The notes below the pieces were generated by a model. It was not told the DNA's origin and ran no database searches. It was given only the letters and a program-made list of their open reading frames with translations. A stretch of DNA of 64,000 nucleotides from Chloroflexota bacterium (GTDB lineage: Bacteria > Chloroflexota > Dehalococcoidia > Lucifugimonadales > UBA826): the NCBI GenBank assembly GCA_002722155.1, contig PBKS01000001.1, positions 91,644 through 155,643 of the forward strand, given 5' to 3'. A program made the translations under genes and the position numbers. Positions 40,102 through 50,974 of this stretch are shown here, piece by piece; positions within the stretch are counted from its first letter, which is position 1, and the number at the start of each line of letters is the position of its first letter.

Positions 40102-40862
40102 ACACAGACTACGACTCCTGGGCTGACATCTACGACGACGTATATTCTTTTGTAGATAACGATATAGATTTTTATCGAAACAAATCAGACCAACTAGGTG
40201 GAAATATATTAGAAATAGGATGTGGCACAGGACGAGTAACTATACCCCTTTTAGCAAATGGATATGACGTAACCGGGGTGGATTCTTCCACAAAAATGCT
40301 AGCAAAATTCCAGTCGAAAATCAGAAAAACGGGATATAACGCACCCCTAAAAATTACTAATCAAGATGTTCGGAACCTCAGCCTCAATGAAAAGTTCAAC
40401 CTTGTGATTTTTCCCTATAGAGGTTTTCAATCACTCCTATCAGTGGAAGACCAAATCGCCGCATTAACTTCTATCAAAGCTCACCTTACTCGAAACAGCA
40501 TATTGATCATTGACATATTTGTACCCAATAATGAACTGTTTGACCAAAAGCCCGATATTTTTTACCATCTTAAAGATTCTGAATACGGTCCTGGTAAAAA
40601 TATCAGGTCGTTGCATCACCGAACAGAATTTGACCTACATAACCAATTACTACATACTCAAATTTCAATATCTGAAATTCAATGTAATCAATTGATCTCC
40701 AAAAGGTATGCCAACTTCACTTTAAGATACCTGTACACGGATGAAGCCCGCCACTTATTTGAATATTGTGGATATGACATAGAGGAAATAGCAGGTGATT
40801 ACGATGGTAGTCCTTACAACCGTGACTCAAATGAAACGATTTGGTCTCTTGTTTTAAGGTAA
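40098..40862 (+). CDS. Class I SAM-dependent methyltransferase
   Basis: [14 protein letters not shown]; 4-nt overlap with ruvA. Confidence 0.9.
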   Translation: MNTDYDSWADIYDDVYSFVDNDIDFYRNKSDQLGGNILEIGCGTGRVTIPLLANGYDVTGVDSSTKMLAKFQSKIRKTGYNAPLKITNQDVRNLSLNEKFNLVIFPYRGFQSLLSVEDQIAALTSIKAHLTRNSILIIDIFVPNNELFDQKPDIFYHLKDSEYGPGKNIRSLHHRTEFDLHNQLLHTQISISEIQCNQLISKRYANFTLRYLYTDEARHLFEYCGYDIEEIAGDYDGSPYNRDSNETIWSLVLR

Positions 40863-40873
40863 ACGGTAGATTC

Positions 40874-42874
40874 ATGCCTGAGTTCAAAATATCAGCTGAT
40901 TTTAGAGCAACCGGAGACCAGCCAGGCGCAATTACTAAACTTTCGGAAGGTATATCGAAAGGATTGCCCAAACAAACCTTACTTGGTGTCACTGGAAGTG
41001 GTAAAACATTTACAATGGCATGCGTAGTAGAACAAGTTCAAAAACCTACCCTGATAATTGCCCACAATAAAACATTGGCCGCCCAATTGGCCACTGAATT
41101 CAAAGAGTTTTTTCCCGAAAACGCAGTTGAATATTTTGTCAGCTATTATGACTACTACCAACCTGAAGCCTATGTGCCTCGGACCGACACATACATAGAA
41201 AAAGATGCAGACGTTAATGAAGAACTAGATAAATTGAGACATTCTGCAACCCGCTCCCTGCTAACGAGAAAAGATGTACTAATAGTAGCTTCAGTCTCAT
41301 GTATATTTGGCCTAGGAGCACCGGAGGAATATCAAGGATTCGTGGCCACGATAAAAAAAGGTGAAACCAACAAGCAGCGGGATTTGATAAGAAAATTGGT
41401 TGACATGCAGTACGAGAGAAATGACTATGACTTAGCTCGAGGCCGTTTCCGAGTTAGAGGCGACACCTTAGAAATATTACCCGCATATGAACAACTGGGT
41501 GTTAGAATCGAATTTTGGGGTGATGAGGTTGAAAAAATAACTCACTTAGACCCCTTGACGGGGGAAATATTAAGCGACCAGGAATATATTGAAATATATC
41601 CGGCCAAGCATTTCGTGACATCAAAAGAAAAGTTGCATATGGCAATTAAAGATATCGGAGAGGAACTTCAGATACAGTTAAAATCCCTCAAATCCGCCGG
41701 CAAACTTTTGGAGGCTCAAAGGCTGGAATCACGCACCAAATATGACCTTGAGATGCTTGAAATGGCGGGTTATTGCGCGGGAGTAGAGAACTATTCCAGA
41801 CACTTATCACAGCGTGGTGCAGGAAGCACTCCTTACACACTTTTAGATTATTTCCCCAATGACTTTATTCTTTTTGTGGATGAATCTCACATGACTCTTC
41901 CACAAGTCAGAGCCATGTATGGGGGTGACCAATCTAGGAAAAGGACTCTAGTTGAATACGGATTTCGATTGCCGTCTGCTCTCGATAATAGGCCTCTCAA
42001 TTTCAGTGAATTCGAAGAAAAAGTAAACCAAGTTGTATTCGTATCAGCTACCCCTGGTCCTTATGAAACCGAAACCAGTTACACCACGGCGGAGCAAGTT
42101 ATAAGACCCACAGGGTTACTCGACCCAACCATCGAGGTCAAACCAGTGACTGGACAAATTGATGATCTATTAGAACAGGTTAATTCTCGAGTGAAGAAAG
42201 GGGAACGATGCCTCGTAACTACTTTAACCAAAAGAATGGCAGAGGAACTATCTGATTACCTAAAGGAATCAGGAATAAGGACACATTACCTACATTCTGA
42301 AATAGACACTCTGGAAAGAAGTGAAATACTGAGAGATCTAAGAATGGGAGTATATGATGTTCTAGTTGGTATAAATCTACTCAGGGAAGGTTTAGATCTG
42401 CCGGAGGTAAGCCTAGTAGCTATTCTCGACGCCGATAAAGAGGGATATTTGAGATCCAAAACATCTCTTATTCAAACGGTCGGCAGAGCTGCCAGGCATA
42501 TAGATGGAAAAGTGATTATGTATGCCGACAGAATCACTGCTTCTATGAAAAATGCCATTGAAGAAACAGAACGTAGGAGGCTCATACAACAATCCTATAA
42601 CGACGAACACGGAATCACACCTCAAGGCATACGCAAGACTATAAGAGACATTACCGAGAGGGTAAAATTGGTAGTGGAACCTTCAAAAGAAGAGCTACTT
42701 AATGGCTTGGATCTTCCCAAAGAAGATTTAATTAGGTTAATAAAAGACTTGGAAATCCAAATGAAGTCTGCATCAAAAGATCTAGAGTTTGAAAAAGCAG
42801 CGATTGTTAGGGATCAAATTTTGGATTTAAAAAAAATAGTCGCTGATGAATCAATTCAAACAAATCTTTATTGA
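40874..42874 (+). CDS. uvrB: Excinuclease ABC subunit B
   Basis: [37 protein letters not shown]-terminal UVR domain. Confidence 0.98.
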   Translation: MPEFKISADFRATGDQPGAITKLSEGISKGLPKQTLLGVTGSGKTFTMACVVEQVQKPTLIIAHNKTLAAQLATEFKEFFPENAVEYFVSYYDYYQPEAYVPRTDTYIEKDADVNEELDKLRHSATRSLLTRKDVLIVASVSCIFGLGAPEEYQGFVATIKKGETNKQRDLIRKLVDMQYERNDYDLARGRFRVRGDTLEILPAYEQLGVRIEFWGDEVEKITHLDPLTGEILSDQEYIEIYPAKHFVTSKEKLHMAIKDIGEELQIQLKSLKSAGKLLEAQRLESRTKYDLEMLEMAGYCAGVENYSRHLSQRGAGSTPYTLLDYFPNDFILFVDESHMTLPQVRAMYGGDQSRKRTLVEYGFRLPSALDNRPLNFSEFEEKVNQVVFVSATPGPYETETSYTTAEQVIRPTGLLDPTIEVKPVTGQIDDLLEQVNSRVKKGERCLVTTLTKRMAEELSDYLKESGIRTHYLHSEIDTLERSEILRDLRMGVYDVLVGINLLREGLDLPEVSLVAILDADKEGYLRSKTSLIQTVGRAARHIDGKVIMYADRITASMKNAIEETERRRLIQQSYNDEHGITPQGIRKTIRDITERVKLVVEPSKEELLNGLDLPKEDLIRLIKDLEIQMKSASKDLEFEKAAIVRDQILDLKKIVADESIQTNLY

Positions 42875-42900
42875 CACTATAAGAACTAGAAATATAAAAT
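42871..42900 (+). promoter_or_regulatory. Putative promoter of the DUF59-mrp pair
   Basis: TTGACA-N18-TAAAAT overlapping the uvrB stop. Confidence 0.5.
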
Positions 42901-42951
42901 TTATTCTTGACCATATACGTCAATAAATACCAGTCCACATAAGGAAAGAGA

Positions 42952-43266
42952 ATGCCCGACTCTGAAACAGTCACTAAAGATGATGTACTTGAGGCTCTCC
43001 GAGATGTCTACGACCCAGAAATACCCGTAAATATCGTAGATCTAGGTCTTGTATACGGAGTTGAAGTAGCCGACGGTGACGTAGATGTTAGCATGACCTT
43101 GACCTTTGCTGGATGTGGCATGGGTCCTTACATAGCTCAACAGGCGGAATGGAGATTGGCAGAAGTAGAAGGTGTCGAAGATATCAATGTTGACTTGGTA
43201 TTCGACCCACCTTGGACGCCAGACATGATAACTGAAGAAGGGAAGCGCTTACTAGGTTTAGACTAA
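42952..43266 (+). CDS. Fe-S/metal-sulfur cluster maturation protein (DUF59/SufT-like)
   Basis: [29 protein letters not shown]. Confidence 0.92.
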   Translation: MPDSETVTKDDVLEALRDVYDPEIPVNIVDLGLVYGVEVADGDVDVSMTLTFAGCGMGPYIAQQAEWRLAEVEGVEDINVDLVFDPPWTPDMITEEGKRLLGLD

Positions 43267-43277
43267 AAAAAATTGTT

Positions 43278-44132
43278 TTGGCGCAAGATGCCAAGTCAGT
43301 AATACCCAAAATTCCGGAGAATTCCATGGCGCAACAAAATCCAGCTCAAGCACGCGCTCGAATTGAGGCAATGAAGCGTCAATTTGACCAGAAACGCCAA
43401 ATCGAGGAATCCTTATCTGGCATTAGAAAAAAAATAGGCGTTTACAGTGGGAAAGGCGGGGTCGGGAAAACTACGGTTGCCATAAATTTGGCTGCTACTC
43501 TTGCCAACGATGGAGCTACAGTGGGCATATTGGACGTAGACATAGATTGCCCAAACGTTGTTAGAGCCATGAAAATTTCAGAACACCCTACCGTAGGCAA
43601 CGAACAAAAAATGATTCCGCCTGAGAGATTCGGAGTAAAGGTCATGTCAATGGCCTTTTTCCAGGAAAATGAAGATGAAGCAATAATATGGCGCGGCCCT
43701 ATGATTCATAATGCCATAAATCAAATGCTGCAGAGCACCGAATGGGGAGAACTTGATTACCTGGTTGTTGACATGCCGCCCGGGACATCCGATGCTCCGT
43801 TGACTGTAATGCAAGTACTCACCATGGATGGATTTGTCGTGGTAACTACACCTCAGGAACTAGCTAAAATAGATGCTAAACGCTCCATTAACATGATCCG
43901 AAAACTTCAAGTTAATGTTTTAGGAGTGGTGGAAAACATGTCAGGAGAAATTTTCGGGCAAGGTGCTGGCCAAGAGATATCAAAGGAATTAGATCTTAAG
44001 TATCTTGGAGAAATAAATTTAAGGTCTGATTACCAGGACACTTCTAGGCCTGCTTCCCTTTTAAATAACGAAATCTTAGAAGAATACAGGGCGGTAACGA
44101 AAAATACGCTCAATGAGCTCAATGCCGAGTAG
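43278..44132 (+). CDS. Mrp/NBP35 (ApbC) family P-loop ATPase lacking the C-terminal CxxC
   Basis: SGKGGVGKT, IWRGPM, DMPPGTSD, VTTPQ, VENMS. Confidence 0.9.
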   Translation: MAQDAKSVIPKIPENSMAQQNPAQARARIEAMKRQFDQKRQIEESLSGIRKKIGVYSGKGGVGKTTVAINLAATLANDGATVGILDVDIDCPNVVRAMKISEHPTVGNEQKMIPPERFGVKVMSMAFFQENEDEAIIWRGPMIHNAINQMLQSTEWGELDYLVVDMPPGTSDAPLTVMQVLTMDGFVVVTTPQELAKIDAKRSINMIRKLQVNVLGVVENMSGEIFGQGAGQEISKELDLKYLGEINLRSDYQDTSRPASLLNNEILEEYRAVTKNTLNELNAE

Positions 44133-44139
44133 CAATATA

Positions 44140-45729
44140 CTACCTGCTCATATTCTCGACTTCATTTATTAGATTTCTAAGACCTCTCTCGATGTTAAAT
44201 CCCAAATCTACCCGGCATACCGGCCTACCCAAGGTTACCAATGATTCCATATCTCCATTCGCTTGAGCTGCTAAAAGGGTTGACATAGTATAAGTTTCCC
44301 CATCAACAGGTATTTCATCATGGTAGGTAGACAACAGCTGAAGGTAGGCTCCGGACTGAGGACCACCTTTATGCATCTGGCCCGTAGAATGTAAATAGGA
44401 TGGACCGGAAGCGAGGGTAACGTGAACTCCCGTTAATTGCCGAATGGATAGCCCCAGATGAAACAGTAATTCTTGCTCTTTATCTTCCATATGGACAAAT
44501 GGCAATATAGCTACATATCCATCATTTTTTATATGCCTAATCCACTCAGATAAAGATAATGTGGAAGAGGTAGGAGGTAAACGACCTTTCACAGTGAAAT
44601 ACTCAATAATTTCATTCGTATTATCTTTCGATTTCTGCACTTGAGGCTGATTAAACGGATTAATGTCTAAAAGCTTTGCAAGTAGCACCACAGTCAGTTT
44701 CCATCTATAAAATTCTCCACCTAAAGAAGTAGGATCATCAATTTTTAATTTAAATACTGGAATGGAACGATTCTCAAAAGACTGCTCAAGTTTAACTAAT
44801 GAGGGATCTAAACCAGTCGAGTCCTCATATAATACACAACATATATCCTCTGAATTACCTATCAATCCGGCATCACCTATAATAGGAATAATACCAATAC
44901 CTGATTTTCCTAAACTCTCGGATAGCAGTTGCTCAAGCCATACCGAGAAACCTCTTAATGAGGCAGGCAGATATACATACAATTTATCTATCCCTGACAC
45001 AAGGTTTACGCCCAGATAATCCACTAGGGGAACTACAGGATTTTGCTCTCCTGAATTACGAGAGTCAGATACCATTCTAGTCGCAGAGACCATAACAGAC
45101 GAGACGTCTGAATTGTTAAGCAGAGCTGGAAATAATCCAAACGAAGATAATTCAGAAAACCTACCCCCGATATCGATCTTGCTAGTGATAACATTGCGAA
45201 AATTATATTTAAAAGCTAATTCTTCTAAAAATGTGCCATGGTCGGTAATAGCAATAGCATTTACAGTTCCATTAGATAGTCTTAGTGAAGGTCCTAATTG
45301 TCTCAAAAAATACCGGGCCAAAATTACCGTTTCTAAGGTTGTTCCTGATTTAGAACATATAAGTAGAAGAATCTTTTGGTTTCTCACTTCCTCAACTATT
45401 TTTTGGAGAGTTAACGGAATTATCGAGTCAACAAAAATGAATTTTGGAGAATCTTCTCCTAAAGAAACTATGGCCTTAGCACCTGCACTACTACCTCCAA
45501 GGCCAATTAGCAGGACGTATTGAAATTTTTCCGAACGTATTTTCTCTGCTAAATCAAAATACTGTATGGCCTCAGTTTCAGTCCAATCGCAACCTAACGA
45601 CCAACCCAACCCTTCCAAAGTATGATCTCTATCGAAATATACAGATTCATCCACATCAGCCCAGAATCCAGAAAGAGCATCATTTATCAAGGCTTCATTC
45701 CAATTCAGAAAAATATGTTTAGAATGCAT
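44140..45729 (-). CDS. pgi: Glucose-6-phosphate isomerase (type usually fused to transaldolase)
   Basis: GLGGSS, SKSGTTLET, IGGRFS, EQLLSESLGK, NPFNQPQV..SK, HSTGQMHKGG. Confidence 0.85.
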   Translation of the reverse strand: MHSKHIFLNWNEALINDALSGFWADVDESVYFDRDHTLEGLGWSLGCDWTETEAIQYFDLAEKIRSEKFQYVLLIGLGGSSAGAKAIVSLGEDSPKFIFVDSIIPLTLQKIVEEVRNQKILLLICSKSGTTLETVILARYFLRQLGPSLRLSNGTVNAIAITDHGTFLEELAFKYNFRNVITSKIDIGGRFSELSSFGLFPALLNNSDVSSVMVSATRMVSDSRNSGEQNPVVPLVDYLGVNLVSGIDKLYVYLPASLRGFSVWLEQLLSESLGKSGIGIIPIIGDAGLIGNSEDICCVLYEDSTGLDPSLVKLEQSFENRSIPVFKLKIDDPTSLGGEFYRWKLTVVLLAKLLDINPFNQPQVQKSKDNTNEIIEYFTVKGRLPPTSSTLSLSEWIRHIKNDGYVAILPFVHMEDKEQELLFHLGLSIRQLTGVHVTLASGPSYLHSTGQMHKGGPQSGAYLQLLSTYHDEIPVDGETYTMSTLLAAQANGDMESLVTLGRPVCRVDLGFNIERGLRNLINEVENMSR

Positions 45730-45742
45730 AGTCCAAAAATAG

Positions 45743-46852
45743 TCAGCTTACCGAAAGAGTAGCTTTTTTCTTTGATATATTCCCTATAAGTAGATCAAAC
45801 GAATCAGAAAATGCCTTAACTCCATCTGCGAGTAACATATCTGCAATTCCTGCCATATCTATACCAATTGCAGCTAAGTGATCAATATGATTGTACGAGT
45901 CATTTAAGTTTGCAGTAATAGTATTTTTTGCTATGCCGTGATCAATAAATGCATCCAATGTCACATCAGGCATGGTATTTACTGTATTCGGACCAATCAA
46001 ATTTTCTACATAGAGAACATCTCGCATTTCCGGATTCTTCATACTGGTGCTAGCCCATAAAGGTCTCTGCATATTGGCACCTGCCTTCTCAAGTCGAAGG
46101 AATCGATCTGAAGTAAATATCTTCTCAAATTCTTTATAGGCGATCTTGGCGTTGGCGATACCGGCCTGCCCCATTAGGACTTCGGAATCAAGTCCTTTTT
46201 CTAAAATGATTTTATCTACTGCCGTGTCTACTCTGCTTACAAAAAAAGAAGCCACAGAAGATACCTTCGACAAATCCATATCTTTTTCATATAGATCATC
46301 AAGCCCACTTAAATAAGATTCTCTTACTAAAGAATACATATCTCTGGAGAATATCAATGTGACATTGACACTCACACCACTTGAAATCAATTCACGAATT
46401 GCCGGTATCCCTGCTTTAGTCGCCGGAACCTTTATCATCAGGTTAGGGCGGTCAACCTCTTCATGAAGTCTTTTGGCTTCAGCTATCGTTCCATCCGTAT
46501 CATAAGCAAGATGAGGATTTACCTCTAACGACACATAACCATTCTTACCGCTAGTATTTTTGTAAATATCCATCAAAAGGTCTGCAGCATTTTGTATATC
46601 TGCAATCGCCAGCTTCTCAAAAAGCTCAATATCAGAGAATTTTTCCTCACCCATCCTCTGAATATCCGAGTCGTACACACTAGATGTAGAAATCGCTTTT
46701 TCAAATATACTAGGGTTTGATGTTAATCCAACAACTCCTGAATTTAATATTTCTACCAATCCACCAGATACAAGTAATTCTCTGCTTATATTGTCATACC
46801 ACACTGATTGACCAAGTTTATCAAGATCCCGTAAATTCGCGGATTCCGACAT
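45743..46852 (-). CDS. tal: Transaldolase
   Basis: GQSVWYD, GLTSNPSIF, MIKVPAT, VASFFVSR, RPLWASTS. Confidence 0.96.
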   Translation of the reverse strand: MSESANLRDLDKLGQSVWYDNISRELLVSGGLVEILNSGVVGLTSNPSIFEKAISTSSVYDSDIQRMGEEKFSDIELFEKLAIADIQNAADLLMDIYKNTSGKNGYVSLEVNPHLAYDTDGTIAEAKRLHEEVDRPNLMIKVPATKAGIPAIRELISSGVSVNVTLIFSRDMYSLVRESYLSGLDDLYEKDMDLSKVSSVASFFVSRVDTAVDKIILEKGLDSEVLMGQAGIANAKIAYKEFEKIFTSDRFLRLEKAGANMQRPLWASTSMKNPEMRDVLYVENLIGPNTVNTMPDVTLDAFIDHGIAKNTITANLNDSYNHIDHLAAIGIDMAGIADMLLADGVKAFSDSFDLLIGNISKKKATLSVS

Positions 46853-47046
46853 GTATTTCCTCCATTAAGGCAAATGGGATTGATTTATTCTTTCCGACAT
46901 TTATTATCGCTATAACCTATGAAAGCATCATAACATCCACACCTTTTACTACTAAGAATTGTAGCCTCTTAAAGCTGGACAATCCTGCGAGACATTTAAG
47001 AATCGCCGGTTGAAATGTGAATTTCAGGCGTTATGTTTAACGGACC

Positions 47047-50000
47047 TCACATAGTTAACCGTCTGTACAAAACAAGTAGACGCTCTGGCAAATCATTTAT
47101 ATCATCTAAAATTTCATATCCCATGTCGGAACACATCGTTTTTAGATAATCATGTCCATTTTTATCAACGGTCAAACAAAACGAGTTTATACCTTGTCTT
47201 TTCGCTTCATCTAATGCCATTTTAGTATCATGAACGGCATACTCTTTTTCCACTCCTTCTCTACTGTAGCCGCGATCCTGCGGCCGTCCATCACTTATCA
47301 GGAACAATATCTTCGTCCTGGCATCTGTATTCTCTAGTTTGTATACTGCATGCCTTATGGCCGGCCCCATTCTTGTAGCATGTAACGGTGCAATTCTATC
47401 AATCCTCCGTTTTACTCTATCGGAGAAGGTTTCTTGTAGGTCTTTCACCGTATAGAACTCCACATTTTCCCTTCCGTACCCGGAAAAACCGTATATCCCA
47501 TAGGTGTCGCCTATAGCCTCCAAAGCATTAATAAGGAGAACCATCGATTCTTTTTCCATATCAATGATACGTTTATATGATCTTCTCATTTGTTCCCCTC
47601 GCCGTGTCCTCAACCAAACCATATATTCCACCGGGTCATCTGGAGCATCCCAATCGTCCTGTTTGCCTTTTCCTTCATCTATTGCCTCAGCCGTGGACGC
47701 ACTGGTGTCCAAAAGAAAGGCAACTGCTACGTCACGTTGAACCTTATTGCGCCGCCAATAAAATTTTTCGTCCGGGCTAGAACCTGTCTTTATATCCACC
47801 ATATTCTCAATTACGTCATCAATATCAATGTCTTCCCCGTCTATCAACTTCCTTTCTTTCCTGAACATCTCAGGTACCATCATCTCAAATTGTCTTCGTA
47901 TCCGAGTGACTAGGGTGCCATATTCGTTTAGAGTAGCTCCGAAATAGGTGGGGTCCCCTTCCTGCATAGTTTTTTGCCTCACGATGCACCAGCGGGGCTT
48001 GTAGTCTTCTGCCCTAAAATCCCATTCGTCATATACAAATGTTTCTGGTTCAGCTGGCTCGAGTTCTCCTCCATCCTCATCGACGTGGACGAAGGGACCT
48101 TGCGCATCATCAGGGGATTGAGGCATATTAGCCCCAGCCTCTTTCATAATATTATCTGCAAACATCCCACTAGATTCCTGAATCTCTCCTTCGGTAGCCT
48201 GTAGGTCCAATTCCGCACTGTTCTCAAGAAGTTCCTGCAATTGTTCTTGTGTAAGTGGCTCTCCCTGTGTTTGACCCATTTCATCTTGTTGTTGCATCCT
48301 CAATTCAGTCATTAACTGAGCCAGTTCAGGCTTGAAATCCCCTCGATATTCAACTTCTTGAATTGACTCATATTCCTCTTCCCCTTCTGGGCGCAGTTCC
48401 ATTTCCATGCCCATCCCTATCTGTTGGAGAAGATTCTCCATATCCTCGGGATCAACGTAATCTTCATCATCCTCATCATCAAAATCCATATCATTCCAAT
48501 CATCAGGAGGAATTTCCTCATTCGGTATTGCAGCGATAACCGCATAAATCCTTAAGGTCGCCTCTGCCGTATCTTCAACCGACGCACTGACATCCAGGAC
48601 TCTCCGAGCGATCTGTGCTACTTGTGCAGCTTCTTTATTATATTTGGAGGGGGCTATTACACCTTCGTATTGCTGCAGGCTGAGTCTGACCATGAATTCC
48701 ACCATAGCCTCACGAGCCGGGAGTTCTTTTATATCTGGCCTGTTTTCGTGAGAATCACTTTGAACCTGTACATAAGAAGATTTGATCCCTGGGTACTCGT
48801 TTTTCACTCTCGCATCCAATCGTCCATCTTCTACTACAGTAAAAATATCTAGGGCCAATTTGCGGTCTTCGAACAAATCAAAAAACCTTTGCATATCAGT
48901 GAGCCAAGCCCTCTCTAATCCTGCCTGTCCTTCAAGCAATTCATTGCCAGGGTCGGTTGGGACACCCGGATCACTTTCTGTGGAAAGGTTATCTTGAGCC
49001 TCCTCCAAAGCCTCTATTCTTCTCTTTTCAAGATCAAGTCTGAGGTTATCAAATAGTTGTGACTCTCTTTCAAATTCAAATATAAAACTACCGAATTCCA
49101 AATGAGCTACTTGGTGAGTAGACACCACTTTGAACCAAGCATAGTTTTCTTCTTTAGTGGCATACCTATCCACCACCGTAGGTACAAACACGGTAGATCC
49201 TTCCGTAGTAGGAGATTCATTTGAAACCCAACCTATATTCTTCTCTACGAGAGCGTCAGTAGGAGATAATTTTATCTCGGCGCCAGCAAGAGCCCTACAG
49301 TACATTTCCATTACAGGTTTAATACGATCAAATTCTATACCTGAAGACAAGGTCTCCATTACTGCTTCAGAGTGAGAAGATTCTATTTTAAAAAAAGCAA
49401 GTCCCCCATCCCTGTTTTGAGACAATGTATTAACCCCTTCCTGATACCAACGTCCCAGTTGAAGTATTGTCAGCTTTTCCAACACGATTGGGGCAGATTT
49501 TATGAATTCCGGCATCGCTAGAGGTTCTTCATGCAATAGAGTTTCCGCAAACCCCAAAACAATGTGATGATGATCTTCCTCCAAAAGGGATAGGGATTCC
49601 GATATATCTAACATAGTCCCCGGTATATTTGTGCCTCCGCTATTTACCAAACTTTCCGCTAAATTCAGAAATCGCATCCTCTCTTCTGGATGGATTTTGG
49701 GAAGTGCCTTTGCTCCAGCCTCAAAAAAACTTTTGACTTCTCGCCAACCTGTTTCCACCAATGTCGTTGCCAAAGACAAAAAAGCATCTTTGTTATCACC
49801 AACCAATGGGAAAATCTGCTGGCCTAATGTAAGACATTCAGATGAAAGATCATAGGACCTGTGAGAAAGAGCGTCTAAGAAATTAGCGAATTTTTCCAGT
49901 TGCTGAAATGAAAGAGTATCCAGAAGAGTAGGAGTTTCAGCGAAAAACCTACATGCCAATGTGCTAGATTTCCAGGTTCCTTTGTATAAGCCGTCTCCAA

Positions 50001-50373
50001 GGCCCGCCCAACTTTCTATATGCCGTGATCTCAATTTGCTCATCGTCGAAGGACTAGCTTCAAAATATGCAGCTGCAAGAGTAGGAGACTCCCCGCAAAG
50101 GGAAGTTCCACACTCCATCCAACGAACAAAATAACTGTATGGCATCGAAGAAATCACGCTAGGACTTACCTGAAAGAAATGGGCTGCAGCCTCCCATGAA
50201 CGTACAGTTTGTCCTGCTATATCAATTCCTCTCCTCAGCCAATCTAATATTTGTTCTTCAGAAAGAGCATTCGGCATTTCGGAAATGGCCCTGTTGAAAT
50301 TATCCAGAACGGGTCCCGGAAATTTTTGCAATTCAACAACAAATTCTTTTAAATGTTCCGATTGATCAGTCAC
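47047..50373 (-). CDS. Large NorD/CbbO-like vWA protein with N-terminal helical repeats
   Basis: YDEWD, MIDAS DTSAS / TRMG / SDG, C-terminal LPERL..LYRRLT; acidic linker. Confidence 0.88.
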   Translation of the reverse strand: MTDQSEHLKEFVVELQKFPGPVLDNFNRAISEMPNALSEEQILDWLRRGIDIAGQTVRSWEAAAHFFQVSPSVISSMPYSYFVRWMECGTSLCGESPTLAAAYFEASPSTMSKLRSRHIESWAGLGDGLYKGTWKSSTLACRFFAETPTLLDTLSFQQLEKFANFLDALSHRSYDLSSECLTLGQQIFPLVGDNKDAFLSLATTLVETGWREVKSFFEAGAKALPKIHPEERMRFLNLAESLVNSGGTNIPGTMLDISESLSLLEEDHHHIVLGFAETLLHEEPLAMPEFIKSAPIVLEKLTILQLGRWYQEGVNTLSQNRDGGLAFFKIESSHSEAVMETLSSGIEFDRIKPVMEMYCRALAGAEIKLSPTDALVEKNIGWVSNESPTTEGSTVFVPTVVDRYATKEENYAWFKVVSTHQVAHLEFGSFIFEFERESQLFDNLRLDLEKRRIEALEEAQDNLSTESDPGVPTDPGNELLEGQAGLERAWLTDMQRFFDLFEDRKLALDIFTVVEDGRLDARVKNEYPGIKSSYVQVQSDSHENRPDIKELPAREAMVEFMVRLSLQQYEGVIAPSKYNKEAAQVAQIARRVLDVSASVEDTAEATLRIYAVIAAIPNEEIPPDDWNDMDFDDEDDEDYVDPEDMENLLQQIGMGMEMELRPEGEEEYESIQEVEYRGDFKPELAQLMTELRMQQQDEMGQTQGEPLTQEQLQELLENSAELDLQATEGEIQESSGMFADNIMKEAGANMPQSPDDAQGPFVHVDEDGGELEPAEPETFVYDEWDFRAEDYKPRWCIVRQKTMQEGDPTYFGATLNEYGTLVTRIRRQFEMMVPEMFRKERKLIDGEDIDIDDVIENMVDIKTGSSPDEKFYWRRNKVQRDVAVAFLLDTSASTAEAIDEGKGKQDDWDAPDDPVEYMVWLRTRRGEQMRRSYKRIIDMEKESMVLLINALEAIGDTYGIYGFSGYGRENVEFYTVKDLQETFSDRVKRRIDRIAPLHATRMGPAIRHAVYKLENTDARTKILFLISDGRPQDRGYSREGVEKEYAVHDTKMALDEAKRQGINSFCLTVDKNGHDYLKTMCSDMGYEILDDINDLPERLLVLYRRLTM

Positions 50374-50966
50374 TGAGGCTCCTTCAATTTTGGCTGATTG
50401 ACATGAACGGCAAAATTTTCGAGAATTCTAGCTGTAGCACCAAACACCACATTACCGCAGTATTGATATGCGGGCTGCATAACCACACGATCGTTTATTA
50501 ATTTGGCCTCATACCTAGCACAATCTTCCCTAAACAACGCTGAAAGTGGAAACTCTATAACGTCTTCGACCTCGTCGTTTTGTACATCGTATTGATACGG
50601 GTAGGAAATCAAACCAACAGTCGGAGTGATGAGATAACCTGTTGTTGTTTCAGTTTTATTTAAGACGCCTAAAATCGATATGTTCTGTCCTGCTATACCC
50701 ATTTCTTCTCTGGTTTCCCTCAAGGCAGTTTCAGTCAAATCCTTGTCTTTATTGTCCTTCCTTCCTCCAGGAAAGCAAATCTCCCCTTTGTGGTGTTCTA
50801 CTTTTCGGGTCCTCCTATTCAAAATCAACCAGTATTCGCCATCCTTTTCAAAAAGTATCACCATCACACCAGCCTCTACGTGGTCTATTGCGTGGTCTAT
50901 TGCGGAATCTTCAGGTTCTCCTGCTTTACCCAAATTCTCTTGGAGATGAGCCGGTGAAATTATCAC
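50370..50966 (-). CDS. Nudix hydrolase, CoA pyrophosphatase type
   Basis: NuCoA-like LNRRTRKVEHHKGEICFPGG, Nudix box ALRETREEMG, FGATARIL. Confidence 0.88.
   Translation of the reverse strand: MIISPAHLQENLGKAGEPEDSAIDHAIDHVEAGVMVILFEKDGEYWLILNRRTRKVEHHKGEICFPGGRKDNKDKDLTETALRETREEMGIAGQNISILGVLNKTETTTGYLITPTVGLISYPYQYDVQNDEVEDVIEFPLSALFREDCARYEAKLINDRVVMQPAYQYCGNVVFGATARILENFAVHVNQPKLKEPQ
50879..50904. repeat. Perfect 12-bp tandem duplication inside the Nudix gene
   Basis: CGTGGTCTATTG x2, encoding AIDH-AIDH. Confidence 0.85.
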
Positions 50967-50974
50967 AAGTAATA

